Below, in pieces: positions 1-13,044 of a stretch of DNA of 64,000 bases (positions are counted from its first letter, which is position 1; each line of letters starts with the position of its first letter). This DNA comes from Eledone cirrhosa. Lineage: Eukaryota. Where the stretch lies: positions 216,070,001-216,134,000 of the forward strand of contig OZ024742.1 of the NCBI GenBank assembly GCA_964016885.1. Reading direction: 5' to 3'. A model generated the notes under the pieces. The model was given only the letters and a program-made list of their open reading frames with translations. It searched no databases and was not told the DNA's origin. The position numbers were made by a program, and so were the translations under genes.

Positions 1-10
1 TGTACATTCC

Positions 11-48
<38 letters not shown>

Positions 49-49
<1 letters not shown>

Positions 50-672
50 TAGCAGATGTACCCGGCCTTGCTCGGGAAAGGAATGACAGCCTGTTTGTAC
101 GTATAAAGAGAGCCAAAGGTTGAGCAAAGAATTGAAATTAATTGTAAAAAAAGTTTAACAAAATGGGTGTACAGTGACATGATTGAGTGAAATAAACGGC
201 AACATAAAAACAATTCATGGGGTAGCTTGAGTTAATTGACGTGAATGATTTCAGGTCCGGCCTTGCTGTAATAGGTATGAGTAAAGGGATAAAGATGGAA
301 TAGACGCACCGTATGTTCTTCAGTAGACTAAACGCTATGCGTAAGATGGCGCTGCCACTACCACGTTGACCATCCACTGGACATAGAAATATCATTCCTT
401 GAAGCAAATCGACCTAGTACTTCAAAAGTTAAAAGGAGCCTAGTATTTGTACACAGACAGATACACACACAAAATCGATTTTTCGGCCCCAATATCGATT
501 TTTTTAAAATTTGTTTTTGTCCAAAACCTGCTCTGGCATATAAGCAACATGTGTGCCAAATCTGGTTGAAATCGGCCTATTACTTCAAAACTTAAAAGGA
601 GCCTAGTATTTGTACACAGACAGACACACAGACAGACACACACATAGACCGACTTGCTTTTATATTTATAGA
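49..672 (-). mobile_element. Non-autonomous Helitron-like element
   Basis: On the minus strand it starts TCTATAAATATAAAAG and ends with a GC-rich subterminal hairpin (CCCGAGCAAGGCCGGG) followed by GCTAG|T. It is inserted in (TA)n. Confidence 0.7.
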
Positions 673-769
673 TATATATAGTGAAAAATGGAACGGGAAC
701 AAAACAGAGAGGCAGTACAAACAAAGGTTTATTAGTTTCACGCTCTTAAGAGCGGGATATATATATGTA

Positions 770-1028
770 CAAGTTCTATTTAAATTGTTGGGATACAACA
801 TGCAAATATTTTTATAACTGATATAAACCACTCAACAAATAATTGGCGTAAAAATACGGGGAGCTTCCAACAGTAATGGTTGCATTCTTTAAAGGTATGT
901 CAATATTTATTTATAAAACTGCTCTAGATTATATTTTATCTCATGAAAGCACACCATAATTTAACTTGGTGTCCTTGAAATATGTATAATTAAATAAATA
1001 TGGTTTTATAAATATAGTTTCCATTTGT
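770..1028 (+). mobile_element. PLE pLTR-like fragment (family D) with decayed hammerhead
   Basis: Similar to 40490-41009. At 931-997 it reads CTCATGA-stem-GAAA-tatgta-TA followed by AATAAA; the core has G5->C. Confidence 0.55.
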
Positions 1029-1036
1029 TAATATCG

Positions 1037-1075
<39 letters not shown>

Positions 1076-1878
1076 ATAAATATATATATATAAGCTTCAG
1101 AAAAAAAATATATATAAGCTTCAGACAAGACAACGAACGGAAACAAGACAAGAGTAAAAATTCAAATGAAAAATACAGAACTCCAGGTCATCGGTCGTTG
1201 AGATGTACTTTGGCAGTTTCTACTTCTAACAACGGTATTCCTGGTCCACCCGAGGTCACAGCGTCCGGTACAATCCAAAACACAGTAGAGTAGAGTAAGG
1301 GACGCGAGACAAAATATTAATTCATAGCAATTAAGCTACATGTCCACAGAGACATTTTTGTGACGCCAAGGGAAAGAGTGGTGTTCTCATAGCACGAGAG
1401 TCTCACGGATGAAATAAAGGGACAAGTTAATTTAAAGAAAAGACTAGAACAATAAAGTAAGATTTTGTGTTAAAGGATGTAAGCCATTAAAAAAAAAAAA
1501 ACGTATTATTTCCACAGCATTCAATCCTACAACTGGGGCTAACTTACATTGATGTTAAACCAATATAGAAATTTCACACGTTTTTTTAATTTCTCTTGGT
1601 TATCTTATTCAGCATAAATAAGAGAATATAATTATAAAATACAAACATATTGTGTGTTATTTTGTGCAATGAGACATTTATTTATCACACAGTAATATTT
1701 CATATACATGCAAACGATACTCTTGCACTTAAGGACGAGCCATTAGAATGAACTGAGAACAAGATTTTACAGAGCTTATATGTGAGGTACGAAGCTAGAA
1801 ACCATAAAATATGTTTTTACAAATGAACTATCAACTCACACAAACATATATACATACACCTCTCCACACAAACACACG

Positions 1879-1917
<39 letters not shown>

Positions 1918-2415
1918 CCCCCCCCCCCCACACACACACACACACGCATACACATATATATATATATAATATTTCCACATCCAATATGCGTAAAGTTTGT
2001 ATTAATGCTACCGCCAATTAAATATGATTGGTCACCCTCACACTATATGCCAATGACTACTTTCAGCCGTTTTGTTATGCTTTGTGGTATACAACAGAGC
2101 ATCACATGATCATCACACGAGTAAGTGATCATCAGACAGGATTCTATAGAGCTTATAGTCTATTTCATAAGATTATATTCTGAGTGAGTGTCATGGATGT
2201 AAAATTACCAAATCGTCAAACAGCTGTCTGTCATTCTTAAACTATATTTGGAACTTGATGTATTCAGTGACGAAAATAGAGAAAGATATAGATTTCTTTC
2301 GTTTTCATTCTGTAGAGAAACGTATTTGTTTTCGGGAGAGGGGCAACCCATACGTTTATTGTTTTATGGATATGAACGTAATATATACGTTTACGTAAGT
2401 TTTCATATAAACATA

Positions 2416-2542
<127 letters not shown>

Positions 2543-2589
2543 ATATATCTCTCTTTCTCTCTTTCTCTCTTTCTGTATATGTATATATA

Positions 2590-3330
2590 CTAGCAGAATG
2601 GCTCGGCGTTTGTCGGGCTTCTAGATAGATTGGCATGTTTATCCCTCCTTTCTGAAACAGTACAGAGAAGTATTTAATACTAAGGGCTGGGGATGGTGTC
2701 TACATTTTGTGCTTATAAAGAAAATGTCGTCGTAGATTACCAGGGGTTTATCTTAATTGGGTGGCTGAGAGTAAAATGTTCAACCCATGAAAGCCAAGAG
2801 GATAGGGTTAAGTAAAAAGGCATTCGACATTGTTGTGCTATGGTACAATGAAAGTTACAGAGCAGTAAGCATGTGGGACTGCATTGGTGGAGAGCATGAA
2901 GGAATTTAGTTGGATACTTTTATGGTTACAAAAAACTACCCGATCTGATATAGACCGAACTGTTACCTCGGATTCCGAACGCTTCGGAGTTACTATTGGG
3001 GTAACCGTCAACAATTTCAAGGGATGTACGTTTAAGTAGAGATAATATAGTCTATAAAGAGATGTAACTCTTTCAAAATACTGAAGAGTTGTCTCTCTTG
3101 AACATTGTAGACAAAATTGCCGAACTGACAGAAAGGGCTTAAGGTTTTAGTGAAAAGAACGCCTTTAACAACAGAAAATTGAAAAATAAAAGCTGCAGTT
3201 ATTATCTTTAGACCGCAAGAAATATATAAATGTAAGTTTGAAGTCAATCGGAGTAGAAATAAGGATTTTTATAGACTTTCCAAAATTAGGAGACACCCAC
3301 ACACAGACAAATTCAGTTTTATATATAGGT
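2590..3330 (-). mobile_element. Non-autonomous Helitron-like element
   Basis: CTAGCAG...CTCGGCGTTTGTCGGG hairpin end at the left and TTTTATATATAGG at the right; same architecture as 49-672. Confidence 0.6.
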
Positions 3331-3351
3331 ATATATATATATAGGTATAAA

Positions 3352-4971
3352 ATATATTTGAAGACTAAAATCCAAAGAGCGCTCAATAACGATGAATATA
3401 TATCAGATATATAAGAACCGAAGAGCAAATATTTATTAGAATAACAGATTAAAGTTTAAACAAAGAATCGCTGCATTCACCCTTATCGGGATCTTCTGAA
3501 ACTAAAGAAGTCAATCTGTGAACGCAGAAGTAAATATTTCAAAAAACGTTACAACCGAAGGAAGACAGAAAGACAATACTTTGGTTCGTGCAAACGTTCC
3601 CTGGCAAAGAACGGAAAAAACAAAACAAAATCAAAGAAGATAATTATTTGGTTCGGTGAAAACAATTACACGGAAAGACAAAACCAAGTTTATGGTATAA
3701 ATGAAGTCGTAGACTAATATTCTATTAGGTGGTTCATAGAGACGTTCTCTGGCAATGAACGAAAAAAACGAAGATAATACGTCATTAAGTGGAACGTGGA
3801 GAACAATTGCCTGCAAAGACAAAACCACGTAAATGGTATAACTGAAGTCGTAGACTAAAATTCTAACTAGGAAACCGAATGATTCTCGGCTTCAGAGTTA
3901 AGAATAAAGTAAATAAAATACAGAGGTAATTGAAATTAAATATATACATCGCATCCATATACGTACATACACAAGCATACGCAATAGAAAAAAAAACACG
4001 CACGCACATTCAGAACCCACGCAACGCCAGTACCCGCACACATACGAATGTATACAGCAAATACACATAAAAATATATATACAAATATATATATATATGT
4101 GAGTGTGTGTGTGTGTATACATAATTAAATAAACGTATAAAATATACACAAAAAAATACGTATATAACGCGCGCGCACACATACCTACATGTAAATACAC
4201 ATATGTTCGCGGACGACGTCAACCAAAACACAAAGTAAACATATACCAACGCCCTACATACGTACCAACCCGCATACTCACACAGACGCAAAACTCATGT
4301 ATACACATAACCAAATGCACATGTACCAAGATATATAATATATACGCCATAACATATACAAACAAATATACGTACGAGAAAGTATATGTACCTTCACAAA
4401 ACATACAGGTAATATATACTTACCTATACAAATAAATAATGATAAACAGAACATATACTTAACTACCACATCAAGACGTAAAATATCTGGCTATAGTTCG
4501 TACTATCCGTTAGGGTATAAGGTGGGGCTGTAATACAGGAAAGTTTTGTGCAATTTATGTTTACAAGCCGAAATTGCCTCATATTCTTTGTTTAAGATGT
4601 TGTCTTTGGAGTAGAGTATTTCCAGGGCCTCAGCAGCGCAGAGGTCACATGGTCTTTTATTTCCGTTATACGATCTAGCCCAAGCTAGGATCTCCCAGTG
4701 TAACTTATATTGACTGTGGTCGTCTTTTAGGTTCCGGATATAAGCTGAAAGTGACGTCATATTCCTTTTTAAAGTGTTCAGAAAAGAATGGGTATGCATG
4801 TAAAGACGCTGCTTGAATCTATTGGCGGTTAATCCTATGTAGACCCTACGGGACGTGGGTGTTTCAACCTTACATTTGTAGACAATATTACTAGAGAGGC
4901 ATTTCCCGGATAGGGGGCAGTCAACCCGATTCCTACAATTACAGTTAGTACTAGCTACAGGGTTGCATGTT
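3352..4971 (-). mobile_element. 5'-truncated Penelope-like element, family A (GIY-YIG C-terminus, 3' UTR and pLTR)
   Basis: ORF 4503-4799 (TSLSAYIRNLKD...WEIL...CDLCAAEALEI...LNK...CKHK) and the non-coding 3352-4500 are diverged reverse-complement copies of 60178-61646. Confidence 0.9.
3445..3518 (-). ncRNA. Family A hammerhead ribozyme, decayed copy
   Basis: agttt-CAGAAGA-tcccgataagggt-GAAT-gca...tgt-TT-aaact; GAAA is mutated to GAAT. Confidence 0.55.
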
Positions 4972-4990
4972 TATATGTATATATATATAT

Positions 4991-5135
4991 ATCATCATCA
5001 TCAGGTCGAGCTTGCTCGGCTTTCTACGACACGTTTCCTCCATCCAACTCTGTCTCTCTTCCGCTGTGCATCCAGTATCGTCCCCAAGTTGCTTGACGTA
5101 TGTCTTCTTGGGACGACCAGCGTTTCTTGCTCCAT
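4991..5135 (-). mobile_element. RTE-clade LINE 3' fragment
   Basis: Minus strand translates GARNAGRPKKTYVKQLGDDTG...W, followed by a (GAT)n tail. Confidence 0.7.
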
Positions 5136-5339
5136 ATATATAGCACAGGGATGACTTTCACTTAATAATTGTTGCGGAACAGATTTATATGTGTCCGGGT
5201 ATAAAAACAACGATTGCCCAATATAGGTTTGTTATTTGTATTGATTTATTACTTTAAATCGAGACAGGCAAACCATATTTTAAATTAGTATGTTTCAACC
5301 TATTTTTCAATTATATATATATATATGTATATAGTAATA

Positions 5340-5550
5340 ATAATAAATCTGAAGACTAAAATCTAAAGAGCGCTCAATAAGGATAAATATATATCAAATA
5401 TATATAAACAATAGAGCAAATGTTTATTAAAATATTCAGATTAAATTTTAAGCAAAGAATCGGTGCTTTCACCCTTAACGGGATCTTCTGAAATTATTTC
5501 AGAAGGAAAGCGATTCTTTGCTTAAACTTTAATCTGTTATTTTAATAAAT
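5340..5550. mobile_element. Family A pLTR fold-back containing the CAGAAGA hammerhead on the minus arm
   Basis: Inverted arms around ~5495 (cttctgaaat-t-atttcagaag). The plus arm has lost stem II. Confidence 0.75.
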
Positions 5551-5556
5551 AAATAA

Positions 5557-5629
<73 letters not shown>

Positions 5630-5631
<2 letters not shown>

Positions 5632-5720
5632 AAAAGAGTCGGGACCCCGATGGCTGACCTCCGGCCGTTTCGAGAGCTAGGTCTGAACTGTTCAGACCTA
5701 GCTGTCGAAACGACCGGTGC
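5630..5720. repeat. Fold-back palindrome related to the 7706-7918 and 52369-52564 family
   Basis: ccggccgtttcgagagctaggtctgaac-t-gttcagacctagctgtcgaaacgaccgg (5661-5717), preceded by a similar gaccccga...ccgtttcga lead-in. Confidence 0.7.
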
Positions 5721-6273
5721 CGTATAGAGAGAGAGTATGTACGATGTGATAGTGTTAATCCAAGTAACTTAGTATGTAAACCACTAATATATGTTAAGGT
5801 GAAATGATATAATGCAAAACATTAGGACCTACTCTTTCACTACTCCACACTGCACAGTAACTGCAAAGTAAAGTGTTTGAGTTGAAATATGTTAAGGGAA
5901 GGAAACTAACTGAATGAATGTTGAATATTTAAGCTATTAATGAACTGAAATGTTGCGTAGATGAAAACAGAAACGTAAAGCATTCCAAAACAACATCAAT
6001 AATTAAATAGGTGAGATATTCAATATATTTTCAGCTTACCCATTATTATCAACATAGAAATAATTATAATCAAATTTCAATAGAAAGAATTGTGTTGTTT
6101 TTATTTTCTATTTAATGGGGATTTGTTCAGGATCGGACTTGATGTAAGAACAATATGATCAAGTGCTTCAACTGCGATCAACTCTTTCTATTTTTAAAAC
6201 AGGTGTGGATTAGATAATCCAATACTGCCACAAGGAAAACATAACTCTCGTATGCCACACGAATGAGTTAAAC

Positions 6274-6540
6274 AAATCATGGGCAACCTGCTTGCCGCGA
6301 CGCTTTGTGAATGGCTCGCCTAAGTCACCTAACTGAAAACATTTCAGTTGTAATTTATCTGTCTTTCATTTTTTACGATCGAGGGAAACAACGTGTTCGA
6401 ATTCTGTAGACACAAATCAAAACAATCCGAGTTACCGCCATTTTATATGTCGGCACGAATGTAAATTGGCGCTTGGGGCCCGCCTGATGATGAGCCATAT
6501 CTCATGCGGCCCGCTTCTTTAAGAAGGTTGCCCGTGCCTG
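6274..6540. mobile_element. hAT-like MITE
   Basis: Imperfect TIRs (aaatcatgggcaacct / aggttgcccgtgcctg) and a degenerate 8-bp TSD (agttaaac / tattaaac). Confidence 0.55.
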
Positions 6541-6877
6541 TATTAAACACTACGTGAAACAGGCGATAAACACTGATTCTATATTTTAGCTGATTTTCAT
6601 CTCGTAGAAGAAATGTATACAAAAAGGTTACTTAAAGCACATTATGGGAATTGAAATGTGTATGTTCTAATTATAATAAAAGTCGACTACAATAATTAAT
6701 GCTGAAGAATATCTGGTAACATTCGTGTGGAGATGGAAATTCTTACGTCTCCGGGGGTACTTTATAGGTTGTTTTCGCTATCATATTGAGTGAATGTCTA
6801 TTATCATAATCATTTGCTTGAGACGGACACTTTTCGAATTTAAAATGTTATTAATTTCATTCAATTGAAAAGCCTTG

Positions 6878-6933
<56 letters not shown>

Positions 6934-7521
6934 ATTATACAGATATATATATATTTTTTTAATAACTGCGATAATATTGCTATTTTGCTGAACTCCTTAC
7001 ATTTTGTAGAGTTTTTTTCGGAATGCTTTTGACTGCTGTTTCTTGTAAATAGACATTTGTCTCATTCTAACGTAACAAGCCATGTCTCTCCATGTGTGTT
7101 TATTTTCATAATTCCCGCACGAGGTGAACTAGCCTTCTTTCAAATTCCCTTTTTGGCATATTTTGGCAGTGGCCCCTAGGGATATCGTGTTTGAGCTCTA
7201 CTGTGGAACGATTCCAACCGTGACCATCCCCACTGAAAAGTTTCGTGAAATAGTCTTTCTAAGACTATATGGAGCATTTGTAGTTTTTCCAAATTGAAGG
7301 ATGAGTATTTAAACTTTATTTTATTCTGAGTTAAGACTCCATTGGTTTTTTTCCCTGGATTTCACAAAATCTGTTAATAAAATCTGTCTTGATTTCTTTT
7401 GAATTGAGTTTGAATTATTTTCCCACATCTTAAGTTAATTCTTTTTCCATTTTGACGTTATAGTCACTTATATATTATGAAATACTGTTGGCTCCTTGGT
7501 CACATTAATTTCTATATTTTC

Positions 7522-7564
<43 letters not shown>

Positions 7565-7609
7565 GGTGTGGGTGTGGGTGTGGGTGTGTGTGTGTGTGTG
7601 TGTGTGCGT

Positions 7610-7697
<88 letters not shown>

Positions 7698-7705
7698 TTA
7701 TATAT

Positions 7706-7918
7706 CAAAGAAATTGTGGTAAGGAACCAGATGGACCATAACGCACCAGAGTACTCAATACTTAGGGTAGTAGAGTGGGAAATAGAAAAAAAGTATGACC
7801 CCGAGGGCAGAGCTCAAGCCGTTTCGACGGTTAATTCTGGACTAAATAGTCCAGACTAAATAGTCCAGAAACAGCCGTCGAAACGGCTTGAGCTCTGCCG
7901 TCGGAGTCATACTTTTTA
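7706..7918. mobile_element. PLE pLTR-like fold-back element carrying the 3' half of a hammerhead
   Basis: Palindrome 7788-7917 is centred on ctggactaaatagtccag and followed by GAAA-C-AGCC-GTC. An inverse-oriented sister copy lies at 52369-52564. Confidence 0.7.
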
Positions 7919-7941
7919 CTATATATATATATATATATATA

Positions 7942-8425
7942 TATTGTTATACTTGGGGAGGGTCATGTTTGTGTAATATTGCCAGAATTAATAACAGAAC
8001 ACACTCACTGTTTGGTTAGTTTTCGCTTCTCGCTGTCTTTTATATCTGCTATCTAACTTAATCGGTCCTCAATGTTGCCATTGACTGACCGACGGTCAAA
8101 AATAATACAGATACAATATAGACACAAACACATATATATAGTTTACATAATTTACATAAATCTTTCGTTGCACATCTGCAACATCGTCAGTGGTGTTATA
8201 TTTTTTTGCTCCTGTTGTGTTGTATGTCTACGCCATTTTTTATTCAGTCTGTCTATATATTTATTTATTTATTTGCTTGTTTGTTTATTTTATTTTGTCT
8301 TCTTTGCGCATGCGTTTGCGTGTGTGTACAGTGTTGTGTGTGCTGTGTGACTAGTGTGTATAGTGTTGTGTCTGCTGGGGGACTAGTGTGTGTTTATGTG
8401 CTTGTTGTTATTGTGCTTGTGTATG
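7942..8425 (-). mobile_element. Solo pLTR fragment of PLE family C
   Basis: Homologous to 52687-53135 and, as reverse complement, to 53980-54428. Confidence 0.75.
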
Positions 8426-8444
8426 TATATATATATATAATATG

Positions 8445-9190
8445 CAGATACAAACAGTAAATTAACTGTCTAAAATTACGAGGATAGAGAATACCACAAT
8501 TGTTTTATATATTTAGCCTGAAACATACAGTAAGATATGACATTTTATATACAGACCATATCAATAACCATTTCAGCTCTCGGACAGATTAGAGATTTAA
8601 TCCGTTTCGCCCTGAAAATTGTGTTTGTAACAGTTAATCCGTAGGCTTTTCGTCAGCAAGTGATACGATCAATTGAAACAAAACACTTTTAACAACCACT
8701 CAGGGGTAAATAATACACCTCGTGGGTTGCACGCTATACGTGGTGTTAATGGATATGCTAGAAATAATAGCCTTATTCCACACAACTTATAAGCTCACCT
8801 AGTTAGGGAGCCGAAATACAAATAAAATACAGAAATATTAACTCATATTGATACCCTGCAATTAACAAGTTCAAAGTATAAATACTGAACATTATATAAT
8901 AACATATGTCGAAATAAACACACAGAGATGAAATGGTTATTGATACGGTCTGTATATACAATTTTATATCTTACTCTATGTTTTAGGTTAAATATATAAA
9001 TCAATTGTGGTATTCTCTACACTCGTAATTTTAGACACAGAGTTTACTGTGTTTATTTCTACATATATTATTATATAATGCTGGCCTTGTTCCAAAATGT
9101 AGAAACAATTATTATATAATGCTCAGTATTTATACTTTGAGATTGTTAATTGCAGGGTATCAATATGAGTTAATAACTCTGTATTTTATT

Positions 9191-9192
<2 letters not shown>
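8445..9192. mobile_element. Rearranged pLTR-like element with nested inverted repeats
   Basis: 8445-8580 is inverted to 8924-9062, and 8817-8923 is inverted to ~9047-9192. Flanked by (TA)n; contains an HHR. Confidence 0.7.
8577..8662 (-). ncRNA. Type I hammerhead ribozyme (family E)
   Basis: cttg-CTGACGA-aaa-gcc[long loop]ggc-GAAA-cggatta(aatctc)taatctg-TC^cgag, giving a 7-bp stem III and a GUC site. Confidence 0.7.
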
Positions 9193-9253
<61 letters not shown>

Positions 9254-9612
9254 TAGATAATGTACAAATGTTTATTGATTACTCTGAGTGGCGCTAATAG
9301 GAAAAGCCAGTGCTACTACTTGAAATGGCCGTTTCCAAAGACACTTCATTATTTCTGAGTTATCTTTTTGTCAGATGTTTTCAGGTGGAAATATTGACCT
9401 TTAGAACTACAAGTCTGATTACACTTTACTGGATTCATATTTATCATATGTCTAATGATTTTAAGCCGATCATATATCACGTTGGATATACAATAAAAAT
9501 ATAATATGCAATTTCGTTATCTTATTCATATTATATACATACATATCTATATATACCTATATGCATATATTTATTCATTTATTTATACTCATATATATAT
9601 ATATATATATAC

Positions 9613-9677
<65 letters not shown>

Positions 9678-9762
9678 CATACATATATATATACATACAT
9701 ATATATATATATATATATACATACATATATATACATATATATATATACATACATATATATAT

Positions 9763-9841
<79 letters not shown>

Positions 9842-9924
9842 CATAAAAGTAAATCAGATCACCCAAATACAGATACACACACAGTCATATAAATCTGAAC
9901 GTCTAACATATAAATATGCGATGA

Positions 9925-10029
9925 ATTTTTTAATTGCATTTGTGATAGTATTTTACGTTTTTATTGTATGTAAACTTCCCCCTTTGTATTTGTCCACTTC
10001 TTTTGTGCCCCTGTGACTAATAAAGAAAC
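9925..10029 (+). mobile_element. L1/Tx1-like 3' tail fragment
   Basis: Near-identical to 43033-43138 and resembles the tail of 44420-45240; ends aataaagaaac followed by (TA)n. Confidence 0.5.
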
Positions 10030-10699
10030 ATATATATATATGTGTGCGCGTGTGTGTCTATACATATATAAATATGTATGTTTATATATGTTTATGCATA
10101 TGTATCTTTATATATGTTTATGCATATATATGTTAGACGTTTATGCATATATATATGTTAGACGTTTAGATTTATATGACAGTGTGTGTCTGTATTTATG
10201 CGTCTTGATTAATGTAATATTAAAAGCAAATTCACCCACAAACTCTTCGGTTTATACCTCTTTGTGAGCCACTTTTATATACGAATAGGCTAAATATTTT
10301 TAGGCTTTTCACTATAATACATTCAATAAATATTATGTATTTCCTATTCTTTATTAAATTTTCCATATCAAATCTTTATATACACATATAGAAAACATGA
10401 ATAATATATAACATTTTAACATTTAATTTCATTATTTTATTTGTTAAACATGAGGTCTAACTTGGTATATTTGCAATAGCTTGGTGGTTTATACTCAGAA
10501 TCTCTCTCTTACGCAGACATACACATAACCACACTCTCTATCTCAGTCTCTCTCTTCCTCATCTAGCTCTTTCACTCTTCGGGGCATATTTTTCACTCTA
10601 ATTTGAATAGCAATGTATATTTCAATAAAGGTTTACTGTTCACTTCCATAGAATTTATTAATAAGTACCATTTTTCGCCCGAATTCATATATTTCTACT

Positions 10700-11400
10700 G
10701 TTCTCATATTAGAAAAAATCTAAGACTTATTTAAAATTCATCTGCTCACCAGTTACCGCTTGGGTCAAAGTTATACTACATATGTATTCTTTAGACCCAA
10801 CTTTTTGTAGTTCATTGAATTCATAATTATACTGGTGTTCAGCGACTTGCTTTAAGATACAACCGATTGTTTGAGAATAGAACTAACTTCTTGGTCCATT
10901 AATAAATTGGCAAAATATCTTGTAGTTTATTTTTAAGCTTGCTCAACTCAATTTCCATTATAATGTAGCAGAGGTATGGAAATTGCAATTCACCTTTCTT
11001 CGTCTGCCACCAATAGTCAATAGTTAAGGTGATTCATTAATGAATATCACTGATCTCTTTATTGCACTAGTCCATGAGATAAATGTATATTTTATGCTAA
11101 ACCTCATGTGTGTCTATCAATTTATGAGAAACATTCACAAAGACTCATTAGTTATTTCTATTACCTTTTAAAGCCTTCTGCACTATTCAGCTCTCTAAAT
11201 GCTTAAAGTAAATTTCTGGCATACAATCTATTATAGCTAGCTCCATCAACCGTGTAGAAGAATTAGATCAGTTGATGGAAATATAACTATGTGAAAATGT
11301 CTGCTGCTACATTTAAATGAAGCGAGCAAAATGTTCCAATTTCAGCATTCATTGATTAATCGTTGCAGGCTCTATTAACATAAATTTCTAAACTTTATTT
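10700..11400 (-). pseudogene. Highly decayed pogo/Tigger-like transposase remnant
   Basis: Frameshifted minus-strand peptides in the expected order: FYTVDGAS (~FNVDETG), YWWQTKKG (~W..N.KAW), LMDQEV..ILK (~PMDQGVI..K). Confidence 0.35.
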
Positions 11401-13044
11401 CTTTCGTTACGTATCTAATTCCACATGCATTCACTAAGTCAAATAATAATATACAAAATAACTGAAGAGTTTCCCCAAACCTATGTTAATTTAAATTGAA
11501 ATTCAAGTTATAATAATATTGATTTACTTGTTAGAAACAAAAAAATTATATTTTTATATTATATTATACTACTAGACAATACTGAAAAACACTAAACTTT
11601 AATTTCATTTCCAATAACGCGTAACTTCTGGCACAACAGTCAACCTGGCTCTAAGTAGGTAGCATTTTAAAATTCCGCTCACTTTGTATTGATGTGTAAA
11701 TTCAATGCAGTGCCTTCTCCCTAGAAATCATATAAATGAAGCATCTACATAAATACCAACAGTAATATTCCAATCATTGGTTTACTGTGATCGATCAATA
11801 GGTTTTCGCTTGATCCTGAAGTGGTCGATATCAAACTAATTATATTTTTGTTGCATCGAAATGCTACAATCATTATAGAAATCTGTTGTGTGCCGAACGT
11901 TGTTCCCGATTTAATAACAGACATTATACATTTGGGTTAATCATCTCACAAGAACACACACAAAATGATTAAACAATGAAATTTCAGGCATGTTAAGCAA
12001 TAATATATGCGTTCGCTTAGATGCACCCATAAAATGTTTCCTATTTGTTAAAATTTCTTAACGTTTTATTACATAAAAATGTTTATGTCTCACAATAATA
12101 CACAGTGTCAATTTTTTTCATCGAAGAATCGGATGTCAATAGCAATTTTAAAAGAAATATATTTATAATGTATTAGATGTTATAAATTGAAAGAGAAATC
12201 TGATTCGCACTTGACTCGATTACAGATTCTCTTTTCTGTATAGTGCTTAGCAACCCAATTCTAAATGATGGCTTCTAATTTAGGCACAAATCCTAGATTA
12301 GTAATTTCATTAATCAACCCCTGGAAGGCGAAATACAAAATTAAACTTAGCAAGATGTGAACGCAGAAAACAAATACCTGGAATGAATGCTAAAACTCAG
12401 CTATTCCTATTGTTTTTCATTCTACTTATGATAATACAATTATACAATTCAAATAATGTGGCCAATTAAATCAACCACATGTTTCACCACAAAATGTGTA
12501 CCCTAATCTAAGTACAAAATATTTGTTGTTAAATTACAATATTCGTTTTTAACACGCCAAATAATTTAACAGTGTAATTACAAATATTAACACATTATAT
12601 TATTTGGTTTCATTCCTTCAATATAATTCTTTATTTTTTAATATTAAATATCAAAAAAGAGTTTATATATATATCTCAGTTATTTACCGCGTCTAACTGG
12701 TATCCTAATATATCTAACACGTCACCATAATTTAAAATTCTGTAAATATATTCGAATAATCACATACGAAATATTAAAGGCCTTTCATGTTTAAAGACTA
12801 TTTGAAAACAGTGACGATTTCTCAAGAAACATATGTAAAATTATATTTAAAATATAGTAAAATGTCTTAAAATATATAAAAATACATAAAATTATTTTTA
12901 GAATATAAGTTACAAGCATATATACTGACAAATTACATTTGTCAGAAATCGAGTGTTTAAATTAGAGAAAGGGGAGGGAAATTGATGTGATTGTTAAGCA
13001 AAAAAAGAAGGGAGGAAGGAGAGAGCGGAACATGATATACGCTT

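Noticed and set aside
2100-2140. Minus-strand CTGATGA-tcac...gtga hairpin
   Set aside because: GAAA is absent after the stem.
6484-6490. CTGATGA inside the hAT-like MITE
   Set aside because: No stem II/GAAA/NUH arrangement follows.
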